From NCBI GenBank assembly GCA_000091205.1, contig AP006491.2: a stretch of 64,000 bases of DNA; one strand, 5' to 3'. Shown here piece by piece: positions 62,601 to 64,000 of the stretch. Position 1 is the stretch's first letter; each line of letters begins with the position of its first letter. The notes below the pieces were generated by a model. It had not been told where the DNA came from. It saw only the letters and a list, made by a program, of their open reading frames with translations, and ran no database searches. Source of the stretch: Cyanidioschyzon merolae. Its lineage: Eukaryota. The position numbers were made by a program, and so were the translations under genes.

Positions 62601-63999
62601 TACGCGTCCAGTGCCCCGGCCAGACCACACATCTGGACCTCGAAAACAGAGCAGTGCTCGAGCTCTGGAAACAGCGCTATGAGCGACTCGTGGTCGCCCT
62701 TTTTGATGCGCTCGACGAGCTCACAGAGCTTCCGTATCCGCTGCCGTCCTGAACTACGCAACGTATCCCCGAACCTGTCGAGAATTTTCTGCGCTGCATC
62801 CGTTTCAACGGCACTTTGCTCTAGCACGTGCAGCACGCCCTCTTTCACAAATAGTTCTCCAAGCGGTCCAAGGTCCTGTACGCGCTCGAGCATATGCTCA
62901 ATCATACACATCACGGAAGCCCGTTCATCCTCATCAATAGGGTCATAGAGCACGTAGCCCAGCGTTGGCACAAGCTGCATAGAGAAACTCTGTATCTCTT
63001 GCTCGGATTCAAGAGCAAAAAGTGTCTTTTTCATTGCAGATATGGCGCGACGGCGGCCTTCCCTGGAGGTCTGATCATGCATCGGTGCACGAACGTTCAA
63101 CTCAAGAACCGTTTGGAGGCGCTGTACCAGCAAACGATCCGGGGCGAGAGCATCCACGAGCATCAGTGCACTGCCAATCAGCGTTTCTGTCTGCGTAGCA
63201 CGGTTCAATGGCACTGCATGGACATCAGCAGCGCCCAGTAGCTGCCCAGTCGAAGTAGATTCCTCTGCGTCCGATGCCACTCCAAGCAGATTTGCCAGGA
63301 TGGCGCCAATACCCAGGCCGCCCTGAGCTGGCGACGTGAGCATTCGCGTTCCCAAACCCTCATCCGCTGAAGCTAAACTCGAGAGCGTGCTCAGTACGAG
63401 TCCTCTGTGCCGTTTGTCAAGCGATGCTTCACCAGCAGCGAGAACAGCGACAAGTTTCTCCATGGCGCCTCCGTCGTTTGCAATTCGCCTGAGAACCTCC
63501 TGTGCGTTACTCGATGCGCTAAAGTTGGCTACTAAGCGCGCATATGCGGTCACTCCATGCTCCCGAATGCGCGTATCATCACTGTCCAACAGATGACTGA
63601 GAAGCTCAAGGGCATCCTCTACCTGTGAGAGCGCCGAATCGTTCACTCGTGCGCAGCAGTTTGCGGCAGCCGAAGAAGCCATGCGCTGTATACTGGTCGG
63701 AAAGAAGTCGAGATGCTGCAGAATCGCGCGAAGGCCTCCGCTGCGCACAATGTGATTTGGAAAATTGTAGCTAAGGCGCTCGAGTGCCTGAAGGCACTGC
63801 TCCGCTAAATCAATGTATTCAACATGGAGGAGGAAGCCGCAGAGCGCCGGTACGGCCCTGCTCTGCGCGATACTCGCACCAACGCTCGGGCTAATTTCAA
63901 CCATGTACGCTAGCGCCCGAGCTGCTAAAATCAGGAGCTCCGGCAGCTCTGGACAGTTCTGCAGGATCCAAACTAATGGACTCACCAGCTGCTCAAAGG
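59609..63999 (-). CDS. HECT-type E3 ubiquitin ligase (UPL3/TRIP12/Ufd4-like, armadillo-repeat N-region), 5'-truncated by the window edge
   Basis: A C-terminal HECT domain with the catalytic Cys context ([37 protein letters not shown]) and ARM-like repeats upstream. The reading frame stays open to the last base of the window (...[11 protein letters not shown]), so the N-terminus lies beyond 64000. Confidence 0.85.
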   Translation of the reverse strand, partial: [1462 protein letters not shown]

Positions 64000-64000
64000 A

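Overview
The window is GC-rich (about 55-60%), intron-poor eukaryotic nuclear DNA with genes on both strands. I cannot identify the organism; the gene set (sedoheptulose bisphosphatase, nuclear CcmE, a bacterial-type RqcH with N-terminal extension) is compatible with a compact algal or protist genome. Most housekeeping genes are uninterrupted ORFs: class-3 lipase, DNA polymerase alpha catalytic subunit, an SLX4-like UBZ zinc-finger protein, an RqcH/NFACT protein, two convergent Mrs2/CorA Mg2+ transporter paralogs, Gar1, an M17 leucyl aminopeptidase with an apparent frameshift, CcmE, SMC1, SBPase, an RHD3/Sey1-like GTPase, a SNAP25-like SNARE and a 5'-truncated HECT E3 ligase at the window edge. 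The ORF track uses GTG/TTG as well as ATG starts, so I re-derived several start codons from the sequence. The notable structure lies at about 30.6-40.1 kb. Two ~2.6-kb copies of an element encoding a TnpB/Fanzor-like RuvC nuclease candidate (about 93-96% protein identity) sit head-to-head as a large palindrome. A ~4.3-kb decayed non-LTR retrotransposon occupies the centre; it has an APE-like N-terminus, RT motifs 0, 1, 2, A, B, C, a C-terminal CCHC and a poly(A) tail. The intact copy ends about 35 bp upstream of the SMC1 start codon. A 5'-truncated 3'-end copy of the same LINE, with a 16-bp target-site duplication, lies just upstream of POLA1. Separately, three related AT-rich elements, each beginning GTAAG and ending CAG, lie at 1.25, 24.3 and 52.3 kb. 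Removing each one fuses flanking ORFs in frame, so they are candidate introner-like (transposon-derived intron) elements. There are also several micro- and minisatellites. I found no rRNA, tRNA or CRISPR arrays.
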